NCBI RefSeq assembly: GCF_006345805.1
Contig: NC_043011.1
Coordinates: 28,408,464-28,472,463 of the forward strand
DNA: 64,000 nucleotides
Origin: Octopus sinensis
Lineage: Eukaryota
Reading direction: 5' to 3'
This document shows positions 1 through 12,630 of this stretch, one piece after another (positions within the stretch are counted from its first letter, which is position 1; the number at the start of each line of letters is the position of its first letter). A program made the translations under genes and the position numbers. The notes under the pieces were generated by a model. The model was not told the origin of the DNA, ran no database searches, and saw only the letters and a program-made list of their open reading frames with translations.

Positions 1-219
1 GCCTTTAGACGCGGTATTTACACACACACACACACACTGATATATAGGTGCAGGCATGGCTATATGGTAAAAAGCTTGCTTCCCAACCACATGGTTCTGG
101 TTGCAATGTCACTGTGTAGCACCTTGCGACCAAAGCCTTTCAGTGGATTTCGTCGAAATATAGATATTTCAAAATCATGATGCTATGATGCTAGGTGTTT
201 CCATTATTTTGCCCAACCC

Positions 220-299
<80 letters not shown>

Positions 300-354
300 T
301 ATATATGTATATATGTATATATATATACATATATATATATATATGTATGTATGA

Positions 355-410
<56 letters not shown>

Positions 411-435
411 GTATGTATGTATGTATATATATGTG

Positions 436-520
<85 letters not shown>
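220..520. repeat. (TA)n microsatellite followed by (AG)n
   Basis: Direct reading; source of the YIYI ORFs at 175-624. Confidence 0.97.
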
Positions 521-521
<1 letters not shown>

Positions 522-660
522 CTCCGTCTTCCCTTCCCTGGGCTTTTTCTATATTTCTGATGAAGAGCTCCTCTCAAAACGTGATATCCTCTTTCTTTTA
601 TTTCCTTTCTTGAGCGTCCAATAACACCGTACTGTTGTTTTTTCTTGCTTGTTCATGTTT
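520..660 (+). mobile_element. Penelope-like pLTR/retrozyme-type short element, family A, decayed copy
   Basis: Homologous to 40663-40830 and 54790-54975; hammerhead-like CTGATGAAGAGCTCCTCTCAAAACGTG at 557-583 with core mutations; 3' end abuts (TA)n. Confidence 0.7.
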
Positions 661-711
661 GGATTGTTTGTATATATATATATATATGTATATACATATA
701 TAATATATATA

Positions 712-776
<65 letters not shown>

Positions 777-1094
777 GTATATGTATATATATGTATGTAT
801 ATATATATATACATATACATATACATATATATATACATGATGGACTCTTCCGTCGAAATAGCGTATGGAAGTTCAGCTTTTGCCGAACTACCTATACATG
901 TGATTAGTCTATAGTGAGGAAATTTTCGTGCCGCACATTAATCCACTCTCTTCATTAAAGCGGCGTTGCATGAACAGGCGCACTGTGTACCACATATCAG
1001 GTGTCGAAGTGATTGCAGAGCAAAGTATATATATATATTATATATATATATATAGATATATATATATATATATACAAAATTTAGAGGACTGACC

Positions 1095-1116
1095 ACTATT
1101 ATTATTATTATTATTA

Positions 1117-1151
<35 letters not shown>

Positions 1152-1228
1152 TATTATTATTATTATTATTATTTATTAATAATTATAATAATAATAATAA
1201 TAATAATAATGATGATGATGATGATAAT
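1095..1228. repeat. (ATT)n/(AAT)n/(GAT)n microsatellite
   Basis: Direct reading. Confidence 0.9.
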
Positions 1229-1244
1229 TACAACAGTATCAACA

Positions 1245-1595
1245 CCAGCCTTGTGAGTGCATTTGGTAGGCCGAAACTGAAAGAAGCCTGTTGTATCTGT
1301 GTATGTGGGTGTCTGTGTGTGCGTGTGTGTGTTCGTGTGCGTGTGTTTTTAAGTGCGTGTGTGTTTGTGTAGGCGAGTGTCTGTGCTTCTTTGTGCCTGT
1401 GTTTCTCCTCCACCACCACTTGATAACCGGTATTGGTATGTTTACGTCCTCGTAACTTAGCCGTTCGGCAACACTTTCCGATAGAATACGTTCCATGCTT
1501 CTAAAAATTTATCACTTGGATAGATTCGTCCGTCTAAAATTCATCAAACTGGTGCTCCAGCATGGCTACATCCATAGGACTGAAACAATTAACAC
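1245..1595 (+). mobile_element. tRNA-derived SINE family 2, 5'-truncated and diverged
   Basis: Matches the full copy at 54378-54782 (gccttgtgagtg...gaaactgaaagaagcc...ggtgctccagcatgg). Confidence 0.8.
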
Positions 1596-1624
1596 TTAAT
1601 GGATTAAGCCTTATCGCCATAAAT

Positions 1625-1880
1625 ATCGTTGATGTCATTATCATTATCACTAAATCAACATCATCATGTCTACCATAATCATCATTATCAGTAGCATCCT
1701 TATCAACCTCAATATGATCACCATCATTATCATCATCGTCAGTGTCATCATCATTGGCAGCAGCATCCTCGTCGCTGTCGTTGACGTCATCATGATCATG
1801 ACTGCCATCGATGTCATCTTCATCATGATCATCATGATCATTACTCTCACTCTAAACATAACGATTATCATAATAATCCT
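1625..1880. repeat. Degenerate (ATC)n simple repeat
   Basis: Explains the I/M-rich ORFs 1650-1920. Confidence 0.85.
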
Positions 1881-2278
1881 TTCTACCGTAGGCACAAAGC
1901 CCGAAATTTGGGGGAGGTGAATAGTCGATTATATAGACCCCAGTACTCAACTGGTACTTAATTTATCGACCCCGAAAGGATGAAAGGTAAAGTGGACTTC
2001 GGTGGAATTTGAACTCAGAACGTTGCGACAGGTGAAATACCTATTTCTTTATAGCCCACAAGGGGCTAAGCATTGAGGGAACAAACAAGTACAGACAAAC
2101 GGATTAAGTCGAATACATCGACCCCAGTGCATCACTGGTACTTAATTTATCGACCCCGAAAGAATGAAAGGTAAAGTCGACCTCGGCGGAATTTGATCTC
2201 AGAACGTAGCGACAGGTGAAATACCGCTAATCATTTTGCTCGGCGTGCTAACCATACTGCCAGCTCGCCAACTTAAGG
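1880..2278 (-). mobile_element. SINE family 1, dimeric form
   Basis: Two tandem cores (rc of gtcgactttgcctttcatcctttcggggtcgataaattaagtaccag); same junction as 24676-25062 and 37045-37425. Confidence 0.85.
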
Positions 2279-2977
2279 ATTATCATAATAATAATGATGT
2301 TGATAACGATTCGTGTTAGTGTTAATGAAATTCTTCTTGTTAAGAGTCTAATTTGCTGGAAGGTTGTCTAGTAATCATATAAACATTTGCTTGACTAGAA
2401 GAAAATAACAATGAGAAGAGAAAACTCTACGGAATTTTAGCATACAATCGTGCTAGTACGTTGCGCGTAACAAGCCTGACATTATTCACCGTGGAAAAAT
2501 CATAATAGTGCACCATTAATCGCCATAATATTTGCAAATGTGTATAATATTGCGCACAAGAGAGCTGAATAACAAAGAAATTGTGCCAATTTAGTTGTTG
2601 GACTATAAAGTCATTTCAATTAAAACATGTGTCTGTCTGTCTTCTTATTTGTAATTAGCACGAATGGAGTGATATGCAATTATTTCTGTCGCTATATCGA
2701 CAAGTTAGCTATTATAATAGACATTAGGTAAATTGTAGCAAATGACTATAGCGGGAGGTGCAAATGTAATATGGACATTTTCACACATTTTCACACTTTG
2801 GACTTTTATATTTCACCTTAATTACACGTGTTAATCACGAACATTCTCGTTGAACTTAATGGTTCTATTTAACCATGAATACTTCTACGTTAACTTTGGT
2901 TACTTGTATGAATTTTCTCCAAAGAGTGCTAACAATTAATTTTATTACTAAGCTCTCCACCTTAATAATAATAATAA

Positions 2978-3131
2978 ACCTTTCTACTAAATGTACAAGT
3001 CTGGGGAAAGGAGTAAGTCGATTATATCGATCCAAGTGTTTCAGTGGCACTTATTTTATCGACTCCAAAAAGATGAAAGGAAAAGTCGACCACGGCGAAT
3101 TTTTCAAATCTCAACGTAAAGCGGACGAAAC
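2978..3131 (-). mobile_element. SINE family 1, partial
   Basis: Diverged core and tail; abuts an opposite-strand SINE1 fragment at 3131-3178. Confidence 0.75.
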
Positions 3132-3353
3132 GTTCTGAGTTTAAAAAATCAGCCGAGATCGACTTTGCCTTTTATCCTAACCAATGGAAGGCGTACCTTC
3201 CAGAAAAAGAAAAAGACCAAGCGATGCATTCTGGACAGAGTTAAAATGGAACAAGGCATGGCATTCGGGAAACAATTGATGACGGATGCCATGTAGCTGT
3301 TTGCTACCTCTGCCCTATACTCCAGTGAACGGTGGAGGAATATTCTTTGACTA

Positions 3354-3940
3354 GAGAAAAGATAGGAGAGGAGACAAATAAGAATGCGTCTGGTCTGTGC
3401 AACAAACTGAAGGAAAAGTAGGATGATCACGTGAGGAAGAGAAAGATGGACGATGGTCACAAGTGAGCCACCATTTTCTGTCTGTCTGTCTCTCTCTCTC
3501 TTTTCCTCCTTTAGTCTCTCTCTCTCTCGTTGTTCAACACGTGACCATCGTCCATCTTTCTGTTCCTCATGTGATCATCTTTCTTTTCCTTCAATGTGTC
3601 GCACAGACCAGATGTATTCTTATCGGTCTTCTCTCCGATATTTCTCCGGCGTTCGCTACCTCACATCGTCTGGCCTAACGGCCCTCCGTGTTTGTTTTCG
3701 TTTGGTTTGTTGTATGAATCCGCAAAATCCCAAATTTTATTTTAGTTTGCCGGATCAACTGTTTTTCGAAACCTCATATAGTCAGTAATTGCTAGAAATG
3801 TGGAGTAGACAAACAACCGACAACTGACGAAGGGTCATTCTTTATGTTACTTGTCTTGTTTTCCATTTGTTTCTCTCGTTATTCCTATACCCAAGTTTTC
3901 CTTTGTATTTCATGTTGTTTAAGTTTTGTGATGCCCTGTA
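3354..3940 (+). mobile_element. Repeat family C, probable Penelope-like terminal region with 5' inverted duplication
   Basis: About 105-bp inverted repeat 3354-3460/3541-3647; homologous minus-strand copy at 10015-10390; ends at (TA)n. Confidence 0.5.
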
Positions 3941-3979
3941 CCCATAAATGCATATATATATATATACACATATATATAT

Positions 3980-4014
<35 letters not shown>

Positions 4015-4180
4015 TATAGATATATATATATATATATATAGATATATATATATATAATATATATCTATATATATATAATGTAAGTCCGCTTATGTACATA
4101 TATGTATGTATATATCACATGTATATATATATTTTCATTATTACATGATTGAACGCCACGCATGCATTTCCAAGTAATTT

Positions 4181-4232
<52 letters not shown>

Positions 4233-4314
4233 GGAGCAAACAATTCACGAAAAAATAATTTGCGAAGATATCATTGACTTTGTTATTATCTAGTGTAACA
4301 TTTTTAAAATGATA

Positions 4315-4436
4315 ATAAGAGAATCATTAATACAGGCGATTGCAGCGCCCACCCTCATAAAAAAAACATTAAATAGCTGAAGGATTAAAATTAATCAAAG
4401 GACATACTAAGTATGTCCACCTGCTGGAAATAACAG
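4315..4436. repeat. Dispersed repeat family G with GGACATACT-A-AGTATGTCC hairpin
   Basis: Second copy at 9647-9775. Confidence 0.8.
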
Positions 4437-4698
4437 TAAATAAAATACATACTTACAGAGAGAGAAGGAGAGAAGGGACGTAAAAGGTATCCTTATATTT
4501 ATACTCACACATACACACGCGCGCGTGGGCGCACACGCACACATACATATATGCACATATGTATGTGTTTGTGTGCCTAGAAATTTGCGTGTGTACGTGA
4601 ATGTACGTGTTGCAATGGAGATGACAGTGGTGGTGAATAGTAAAGGAGAAAAGAACAAGAGGCAAAATGTATTTCGCCATTTACATAAGTTCCTTTAG

Positions 4699-4833
4699 GC
4701 TCTGACAACTAATAATGACGATTACATCTTTGTCAGTCATCCTTCAGAATTGGATGAAATAAGTAACAGCCAAGAAGTGGAAATCAATACAATCCACTAC
4801 AATATTCCAAACCGATACAGAAATTCTATGGAG
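4699..4833 (+). CDS. Candidate host exon (ALTTNNDDYIFVSHPSELDEISNSQEVEINTIHYNIPNRYRNSME), product unknown
   Basis: Acceptor ttcctttag|G, only one open frame, weak donor GAG|gtctgt; no homologue recognised. Confidence 0.25.
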
Positions 4834-5029
4834 GTCTGTCATAAGTAAGAATCAATACTATTATGCAAATCTCTGGCTGACGAAGGATTTCCCGTTCAAT
4901 AAGTGAGACATGGACCTCAAGGAAGAGATCGTTATCAGTTCAATTCAAACAAATCAAAACATCTTCTCTGAGATAATGACGTATTTAGAAGGATATATGT
5001 GCATGATTGATCTGTTGTTCGTTGCTTGA

Positions 5030-5320
5030 TGTGAAGGCCGATGGCTCAGTGGTTCGGGTATTCTACTAACGATCGTGAATTCAATTCCCAGCGACACGTT
5101 GTGTCCTTGAGCAAGACACTTTATTTCACGTTGCTCCAGTTCACCCAGCTGACAAAAATGAGTAGTACTTGTACTGCAAAGGGTCAACCTTGTCGCACAT
5201 GGTGAATCTCTCTGAGAACTACATAAAGGGTAAAAGTGTCCGTGGAATGCTCAGCCACATGCACGTTAATTCCACGAGCAGACTCTTATGGTGAATGGAT
5301 CAACTGGAACTCTCGTCCCA
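5030..5320 (+). mobile_element. tRNA-headed SINE family 3 variant
   Basis: Head ccttgagcaagacactttatttcacgttgctccagttcac; tail matches 47305-47682. Confidence 0.8.
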
Positions 5321-5433
5321 GTGTCAGTAGTAGTATTGTCACTCGATTTATCTCTCAATCTCTTTCTCTGCCCTCTGTCTCTGCTTATGTATAGATAATC
5401 AAAGCTAGCTAGCTGTCTATCTATCTATTTATA

Positions 5434-5471
<38 letters not shown>

Positions 5472-5564
5472 ATCTGTCTGTCTGTCTGACTGTCTGTCTG
5501 TATGTCTGTCTGTCTATCTGTCTGTCTGACTGACTGTATGCATATAAAAAGATAATATAATATA

Positions 5565-5595
<31 letters not shown>

Positions 5596-5644
5596 CATAT
5601 GTATATATATTCATACACATATATATACATATATACATATGAGA

Positions 5645-5843
5645 CGCCATGATAGATCGTTAGCCACTACACCCATTTTGTTTCTCTCCTTGTTTCTCTC
5701 CTTACTTTTTCTCTGTCCCTTGCTGTAGAAGAGCGTAGGCTCGAAACGTAAAAGACATTTGGTATTCCTGAACGTTATACTAATACATCTGTTTGTTTTG
5801 TACACCACCTGTCTTCGTCTTTTGTTTTTTCGTAAACTCAGCC
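5645..5843 (+). mobile_element. Penelope-like pLTR/retrozyme-type short element, family B
   Basis: Starts CGCCATGATAGATCG like 13809 and 44653; hammerhead-like motif at 5723-5754; ends in (TA)n. Confidence 0.75.
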
Positions 5844-6039
5844 TATATATATATATAAATGTATATATATAAATAATATTATTATATATATATATATATA
5901 TATATATATCTATATATATATATATATACATATATATAATATATATATATACACATATATATATATATACACATATATATATATATACATTATATATATA
6001 TACATATATATATACACATATATACTATATATATATATA

Positions 6040-6088
<49 letters not shown>

Positions 6089-6409
6089 TACATATACATG
6101 AGTACGTGACTGTTTACATACGTTCTATATACATCCTTTAATATCTCTATATCTAGACCTAGAGGCGTGGGCATATACGTGTGTGTATGTAGGGATGGGC
6201 GCGTATGTACATGTGAGTGTGTACGCGTATAGTGTCCGTGTATGCATGCGGATATTCTGTTGTATGTATGGTATGTATGTGTGTGTACGCGCGTGCGTGT
6301 GGGTGCGTGTGTGTTTATGTACATGTTTACACGCGAGTGCGTGTGTATGCTTATAGGCTTGGAGGCGTATATGTACGCGTGTATGTGGGTGTATGTATCC
6401 ATGATGATA

Positions 6410-7130
6410 TGTATGTACTAGAAGTCCATTTAATTCAAGAAACCAGATTAAATGCTCATCAACTCTGATTTACAACCATTAGGTCCCCAGACGAAAACTG
6501 TTGATTTACTGACAATTCTACAACTAAATTTTATCAATCTCCTGACCACCATGCTTGGTCCGTAACCTCTATACATCCCTTATCTTTACATTCTTTTACA
6601 TTTTTATCATGTTTTTATCATGTTTTTTTTACTCTTATTTCTATTTCTATTTTTACTTTATAACCTAATGCCTTTACATTTACTTATATTTCTTTATATT
6701 TCTTTATATCCTTTATACCCCCTTTACATCTCCTTATAACTCTTTATATCTTTATGCTCTACATTTTTATATTTTCTATACTTACACCTTTTATACATGT
6801 GTTATCCCTGGTCCCGAATTCTCGCCCCTCCATCTTCCACGTCTATATATGTATTTATTTATTTACATTACCTCAACATACATTTTCCCTCATTCTACAT
6901 TGAGAGAAGAAGAGATGGACGCTTCAATTCTATGCTGCTGCCGCATTATGTCGTACGCGAATGAGAGGATTCGCATCCCCAACCAAGAATTTTTGATGTA
7001 ACACATGTCCTTGTGGAAGCTGTTGTGCGCGGCTGAAAGAGGCCACAGACATACATTATGCATTGTTATAAATCTGTCTAATAAAGGCCCGAAACATATG
7101 TACCGCTGAATCCTTCGCATCATGTTTTTA
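6410..7130 (+). mobile_element. Probable Penelope-like element 3' end with hammerhead-like motif
   Basis: LEVHLIQETRLN loosely fits the GIY-YIG C-terminal E..I....LN helix; three-stem hammerhead candidate at 7029-7106. Confidence 0.4.
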
Positions 7131-7164
7131 TTTTGATTTTGATCAATAACATATATTATATATA

Positions 7165-7203
<39 letters not shown>

Positions 7204-8302
7204 TCAGGGTGGGGAGCAAAATTTTCAATGAACGTTAAGTTGTTTTTCTCAGCAAGTACTTTTGTCAATTGTTTTGAAACCTAGCATATATTGATGTCAT
7301 AATCATACCTAACACTATTATCCTTACCTTTTCAGAAACTTTTGCCCATATGATTAATCAGGAAAGCAAACGTCAAAGAGTGTGTGATTTTCTGAATGAA
7401 CTCGTCACACCAAAGGAGATTTCAAAAATAGTAGAGTGTCCATAAAAACTATTTATAATGTAAAGACTAGATGACTATGAGCAAAACATTACGAGGAAGT
7501 TGGAAGTTGAGAGAATCACAAAAACGTACCAAGCTTTTATTAAAGCTCTCAAATCCAAAATCCTAAAGATCCAACCAAATCCATGAGAAAAATGGCAATT
7601 GAAATGAGATAAACAACAAGACCTTAGAAATGCTGTAAATATGATTTAGGTTAAAATCTTACACAAGACACCAAAACACTTGTTGACAACAGCTATGCAG
7701 GAAAAGAGATTGGAAAGGTGCCAGAAATTATTACCTGGTTCAAGAAAAAGTCCTCCATTGTAACGATCTTTTCAAATGAAAAGATCTTCACTGTCGATGC
7801 TGTTCTAAACTTCAGAAATGAGAGATTTAGCACAAAATCAACAGCTGAGATTAGGGGGACATTAAAAAAAATCCTGCTCAAGTTATGGCTTTTGGTGTTG
7901 TTGGCTTCCGATGGAAAGAAAAGGCCTATAAAATTCTACAAAGCTGAGGAAAAGATCAATGTTAATACTTACTACAAGACTCTGAGATACCAGGTATTGC
8001 CATGGCTTAAAGCAAACTACCCAGATGGTATTTATGTATGGACACAGGATGGTGCACCAGCCCACACAGCTAGAAAAATACAAGATTTATGCAAATCCAA
8101 CCTTAACAATTTTTTGGAATCATGTTTATGGCCGCCTTCTAGCCCAGATCTAAACCCTCTGGATTGTGCTATTTGGGGCGTTTTAGAACATGCTACCAAT
8201 AGAACATCACACAGCAATGTCGACTCTCTTAAAGATACTATTAAAGAAGAATGGGACAAGTTGTCTCCCAAATATTTGAGGAACGCCTGTGCAAGTTTCA
8301 GG
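7204..8302 (+). mobile_element. Tc1/mariner DD37D (maT-type) transposon, 3'-truncated, decayed transposase
   Basis: ORF 7718-8380: FSNEKIF, QDGAPAH...WPPSSPDLNPLD with 37 residues between D2 and D3; left end TA-tcagggtg. Confidence 0.92.
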
Positions 8303-8368
8303 ATACAATACTTACGCCATCACACACACATATCCATACACACAAACACACACACACGCACATATATA

Positions 8369-9624
8369 TTCAGAGTGTGAGGAGTAAATTGATGACATTT
8401 ATACTTTTAATTTCGCGCATGCGCATTTTTGGTTTTTGGGTTTTTTCGACTAGACATTATGGCAGGATCAGTTGGTCACCGTCTGTAAGAAAAACAGTAC
8501 CATGACGCAATTCACTCTGCCAAAATTTGTAAATGCGATGCTGTACTTCTTGGCATTCGCACCGAAATTTCCCATACGAATATCTGAGTATCAATTTGAG
8601 GAGAGCGCAGAGGATTCGGAAAGATTTGGATGAGTTTAATAGGGATTACGAAGATAAGGCAGCTGAGAAGACTCAGTCTGATCATTCTGATAAAAAAAAG
8701 AACTCCTGAAATTGTTACTGAGTTGAAGGGCATGATTGACTACGATCTCTCCAATTCAATCAAGTCCAACCGACCCTACTATACCGTGCAGTCGACAAGT
8801 AGTGCATGAAGACATTCAGTATACCTCATACATGATGAGAAACGGCCAATTTTTATCCCAAGACATCAAGCACAAGAGGAAAGACCTCGCTACGAAGCTT
8901 TTGAACAAACTCAAGCATCCCCCTCAACCGAACATGCATTGGTTTTTCTCAGACGAGAAAAAGTTTTTGCCAGGATCAGATGGTGCACACACAGAACAAC
9001 CGTTGTCATTCCGTGTCCCCAAAACATGTACCGAGAGTGATACAAATCAACATCACAGTGTTTATAGTGAATACTAATGTTCACGACGTTATGCCTCCAT
9101 TTATCTTGCCGTACAGCTTAAGACTCAACATGGAGGCCTACATCAAGTGCCTCGAGGAGGTAGTGCTGCCCTGGGTCAAGAGGGTGGCTACTGGAAGACC
9201 CTGTGAATGGCAACAGCACTCTGCAACATGCCACATAAGCAGAAGAACCCAGTCATGGCTGCAGACAATTTTTGCAACCACATCACCCCTAACATCTGGC
9301 CAACTACTTCCCCAGACAGCGACCTCCTTGATTATTACATGTGGGGCGCAGTTGAGTGAGAGACCGACAAATCTTGTGAGACCGGAAATAAACTGCAGGC
9401 AAGGGTTATGGCAGAATTCACCAACTTCAGAAGAGTTGCAGAAGATTCCGAAGTCGTCTGGAGGTTGCGATTGAAGCCAATGGCGACATTATTGAAGACA
9501 TTTACTCTCGAGCATTTCAAGATATTTTTATGTAATTTTGGTAAATATATCTGTTAAAATGAAACGTCAATGCTATTTTCATTTTTGCATAATGTAGACA
9601 ACAGTTTATTCAGCACACCCTGAA
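8369..9624 (+). mobile_element. Full-length decayed Tc1/mariner (maT-type) transposon
   Basis: Imperfect TIRs (ttcagagtgtgaggagtaaattg vs ttcagggtgtgctgaataaactg, 18/23), TA on both sides, FFSDEKKF and frameshifted WQQ(D)SA.CH...WP..SPD motifs. Confidence 0.9.
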
Positions 9625-9646
9625 TATATATATATATATACATATG

Positions 9647-9775
9647 ATAAGAGAATCAATAATACAGGCTATTGCAGCCCTCACCCCTACATCAAAAAAC
9701 ATTAAATAGCTGCTGAAGGATTAAAATTGATCAAAGGACATACTAAGTATGTCCACCTGCTGGAAATAATAGCAA
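9647..9775. repeat. Dispersed repeat family G, second copy
   Basis: Homologous to 4315-4436. Confidence 0.8.
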
Positions 9776-10014
9776 TAATATATATATATACATGTATGTA
9801 TGTATGGTATGTATGTTTATATGTATGTATATATATGTATCTATCTATACATACATATATGCGTATGTATATATATGTTTATATGTATATATATATATAT
9901 ATATATAATATAAATAATATATATGCATATATACATACATATATGTACATACTTATACATTTGCACGTATAAATATATATATGCATATGTGGGCACAGGA
10001 CGTCACTAACTTGT

Positions 10015-10390
10015 ACATCAAAAATACGAAGCACGAGAACATGGAAAGACACAAATGGAAAACAAAAAAAAACATAAAGAACGACCCTTCATTAGTTGTT
10101 GGCTGTTTTTCTAGTCTCGTATTTCGAGCATTTAACAACAATATACGCTTTCGATAAATCAGTTGCTCCCGCAAAGTAACTTAAATAAAATTTGAGATTT
10201 TGCAAAGTGTCAAAATTAATAACACGAACAGGACAGTGAAAACAAACAGGAAGGGCAGCTAAACCTAAACGAGGTTGTGGTGGCGAACGCGTAAATCAAC
10301 TTAGGGCAGGAAACAAAAAAGAACTCGTCTTCCTTGTTCCAGCTACAACGAGAGAAAGAAAGAAAGATAGCCGATGGTCACGTGGGAGTC
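10015..10390 (-). mobile_element. Repeat family C, second copy
   Basis: Reverse complement aligns to about 3540-3900. Confidence 0.6.
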
Positions 10391-12009
10391 ACGTGAGCAA
10401 GGGAGGAGGAGTGAGGGAGAGAGCATTACAGAGTAATAGAATAGAAGAGTAATAGGAGAAGAGGAGGTAAAAGAATAAGAGGGAGAAAAAGAGAGAAAAA
10501 CGAAAGAGTAAATGGGTAGTATAGAGTGCGCATCAGAATGATTAGATAAGACTTATTTGGAAGAGGTTGTGTGGCGTTCAATCATATAATGATATAAATA
10601 ATATATATATATGCATCTATACATACGTATATGTATATATTTACGTTTATACGTATATATATATATATATATATATATGCATATGTGGGCACAGGAATCA
10701 CGAAACGTTTCCAATTTACTTGCGCACGGTAAATACACTTAAGTAAACACATGAACATTTAAAGTTATAAGTATGTTCGTCCAACTTCACATGTACAAAC
10801 ATAAGCAAACAGAAATACATGTATTACTGCGCGTGTACACGCATACATAATATACATATGCAAATATACAGACACAGTCAAAAAGAAACAGAAACACAGA
10901 TATATGAATGTTTTTACACACACACAATGATACATCTCAACTTATTTCGCAAACGTCATATCTAATCCTTTTAGAAATGAGGTGATATCCAGCCTTAATT
11001 GCTTCTGATAACTTACACCTATATATGTGTGTGTGTGTGTGTGCGTGCGTGTGTGTCTATGGATATTCACCTATACATACATGTACAATACAATCAGATA
11101 TATACATGAATATATATATATAGATATACACATATTATATATATATATATACATTCACTATTTATATTTATATTATATATATTATATACATAATATATAT
11201 ATATATATATATATCTATATATATATATATATATATATATAATAATATATAGATATATATCTATATATATATATATATATATCTATATACATTCATTTAT
11301 ATATATTATACTACATTGGATTTAAAAATCCAATCTGTGCGCCTTCGTTGGAAAGGAGAAGCATTATCTATACCGTTTAATCTCTCTCTCACGTGATTTA
11401 CAGATATAACAGCACAGCTAAGAGCATTAGCCTTAACTGAAGACTTAGATACTGTCAGTGTATTTCACTGATATGTTTTGTGTTCTATGGAAACTTTCTT
11501 GGTTATTGATAAAGAAGTAGATATATCTGGAGAAGAAAACAGACCTGTGGATATATGGTACATGCATATCGTTTGCGTGAAGGGATTGAGGTATTGAGAT
11601 TGTCGTTTGAGGCAAAAACCAAAAGAAAAATTCCATTCGCTTCGATCTCAACTAATAGCAATTTAGCTCTACGTTTCGAAAGTGTCATCTTATTGTCGCT
11701 GAGTGATGTGAAGGGTAATTTATGAGACCGTAATTTTGTGGAAACTCGTTGGATAGTTTTTTTACCTGTAAGTAAAATTTCAAAATTTTCAAACCCCTTG
11801 CCAGCTTGACACTGACTGAAAATTTTTTTTTAATGCCTTACTCAGTAAAAAAAAGACAAGCGTCTGCGAAAAGTTCCTCTCTTGCCATAACTGATGGACT
11901 GCTAGTATCCGAAACGTTATAACTAACTCTTCCCATTGTCATGAGTTAAAGACTATATTCGCTACTTTTTCTTGTCCGTTTGCCTGATTTGAACTTTTGT
12001 GCTATGTAT

Positions 12010-12258
12010 TTATGCATGTATGTTATGTATGTATGTATAAAAAATGATAATATAGGTTGCTATATGTAGAGGGATAGAAAGATACATACATACATACATA
12101 CATACATACATACATACATACATACCGTCATACATACATATATACATACATACATACACACATACATACATACATACCGTCATACATACATACATACATA
12201 CATACATACATACATACACACATACATACATACATACATACATACATACATACATACA

Positions 12259-12294
<36 letters not shown>

Positions 12295-12310
12295 TACATT
12301 CATACATACA

Positions 12311-12342
<32 letters not shown>

Positions 12343-12444
12343 AATAGATATACACTTAGCTATAATTTGAACATATGAACTCATGCTATGTGTAGAGGGA
12401 TATGTAGAGGGATAGAAAGATACATACATACATACATACATACA

Positions 12445-12480
<36 letters not shown>

Positions 12481-12630
12481 TACATTCATACATACATACA
12501 TACATACATACATACATACATACATACATACATACATACATACATACATACATACATACATACATACATACAAACATACATACATATAAATAGCTATACA
12601 CTTAGCTATAATTTGGACATATGAACTCAT
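12010..12630. repeat. (ATAC)n arrays within a roughly 300-bp tandem duplication
   Basis: Unique flanks tgtagagggatagaaag and cacttagctataattt.(g/a)acatatgaactcatg each occur twice. Confidence 0.85.

Noticed and set aside
175-840. Long YIYI/MYVC/SIYL/THTH ORFs here and throughout the track
   Set aside because: Translations of microsatellites, which lack stop codons; not genes
3760-3845. CTGACGAAGGG and an upstream GAAAC in family C as a hammerhead
   Set aside because: No GAAA after helix II, and helices I and III cannot be paired in either copy
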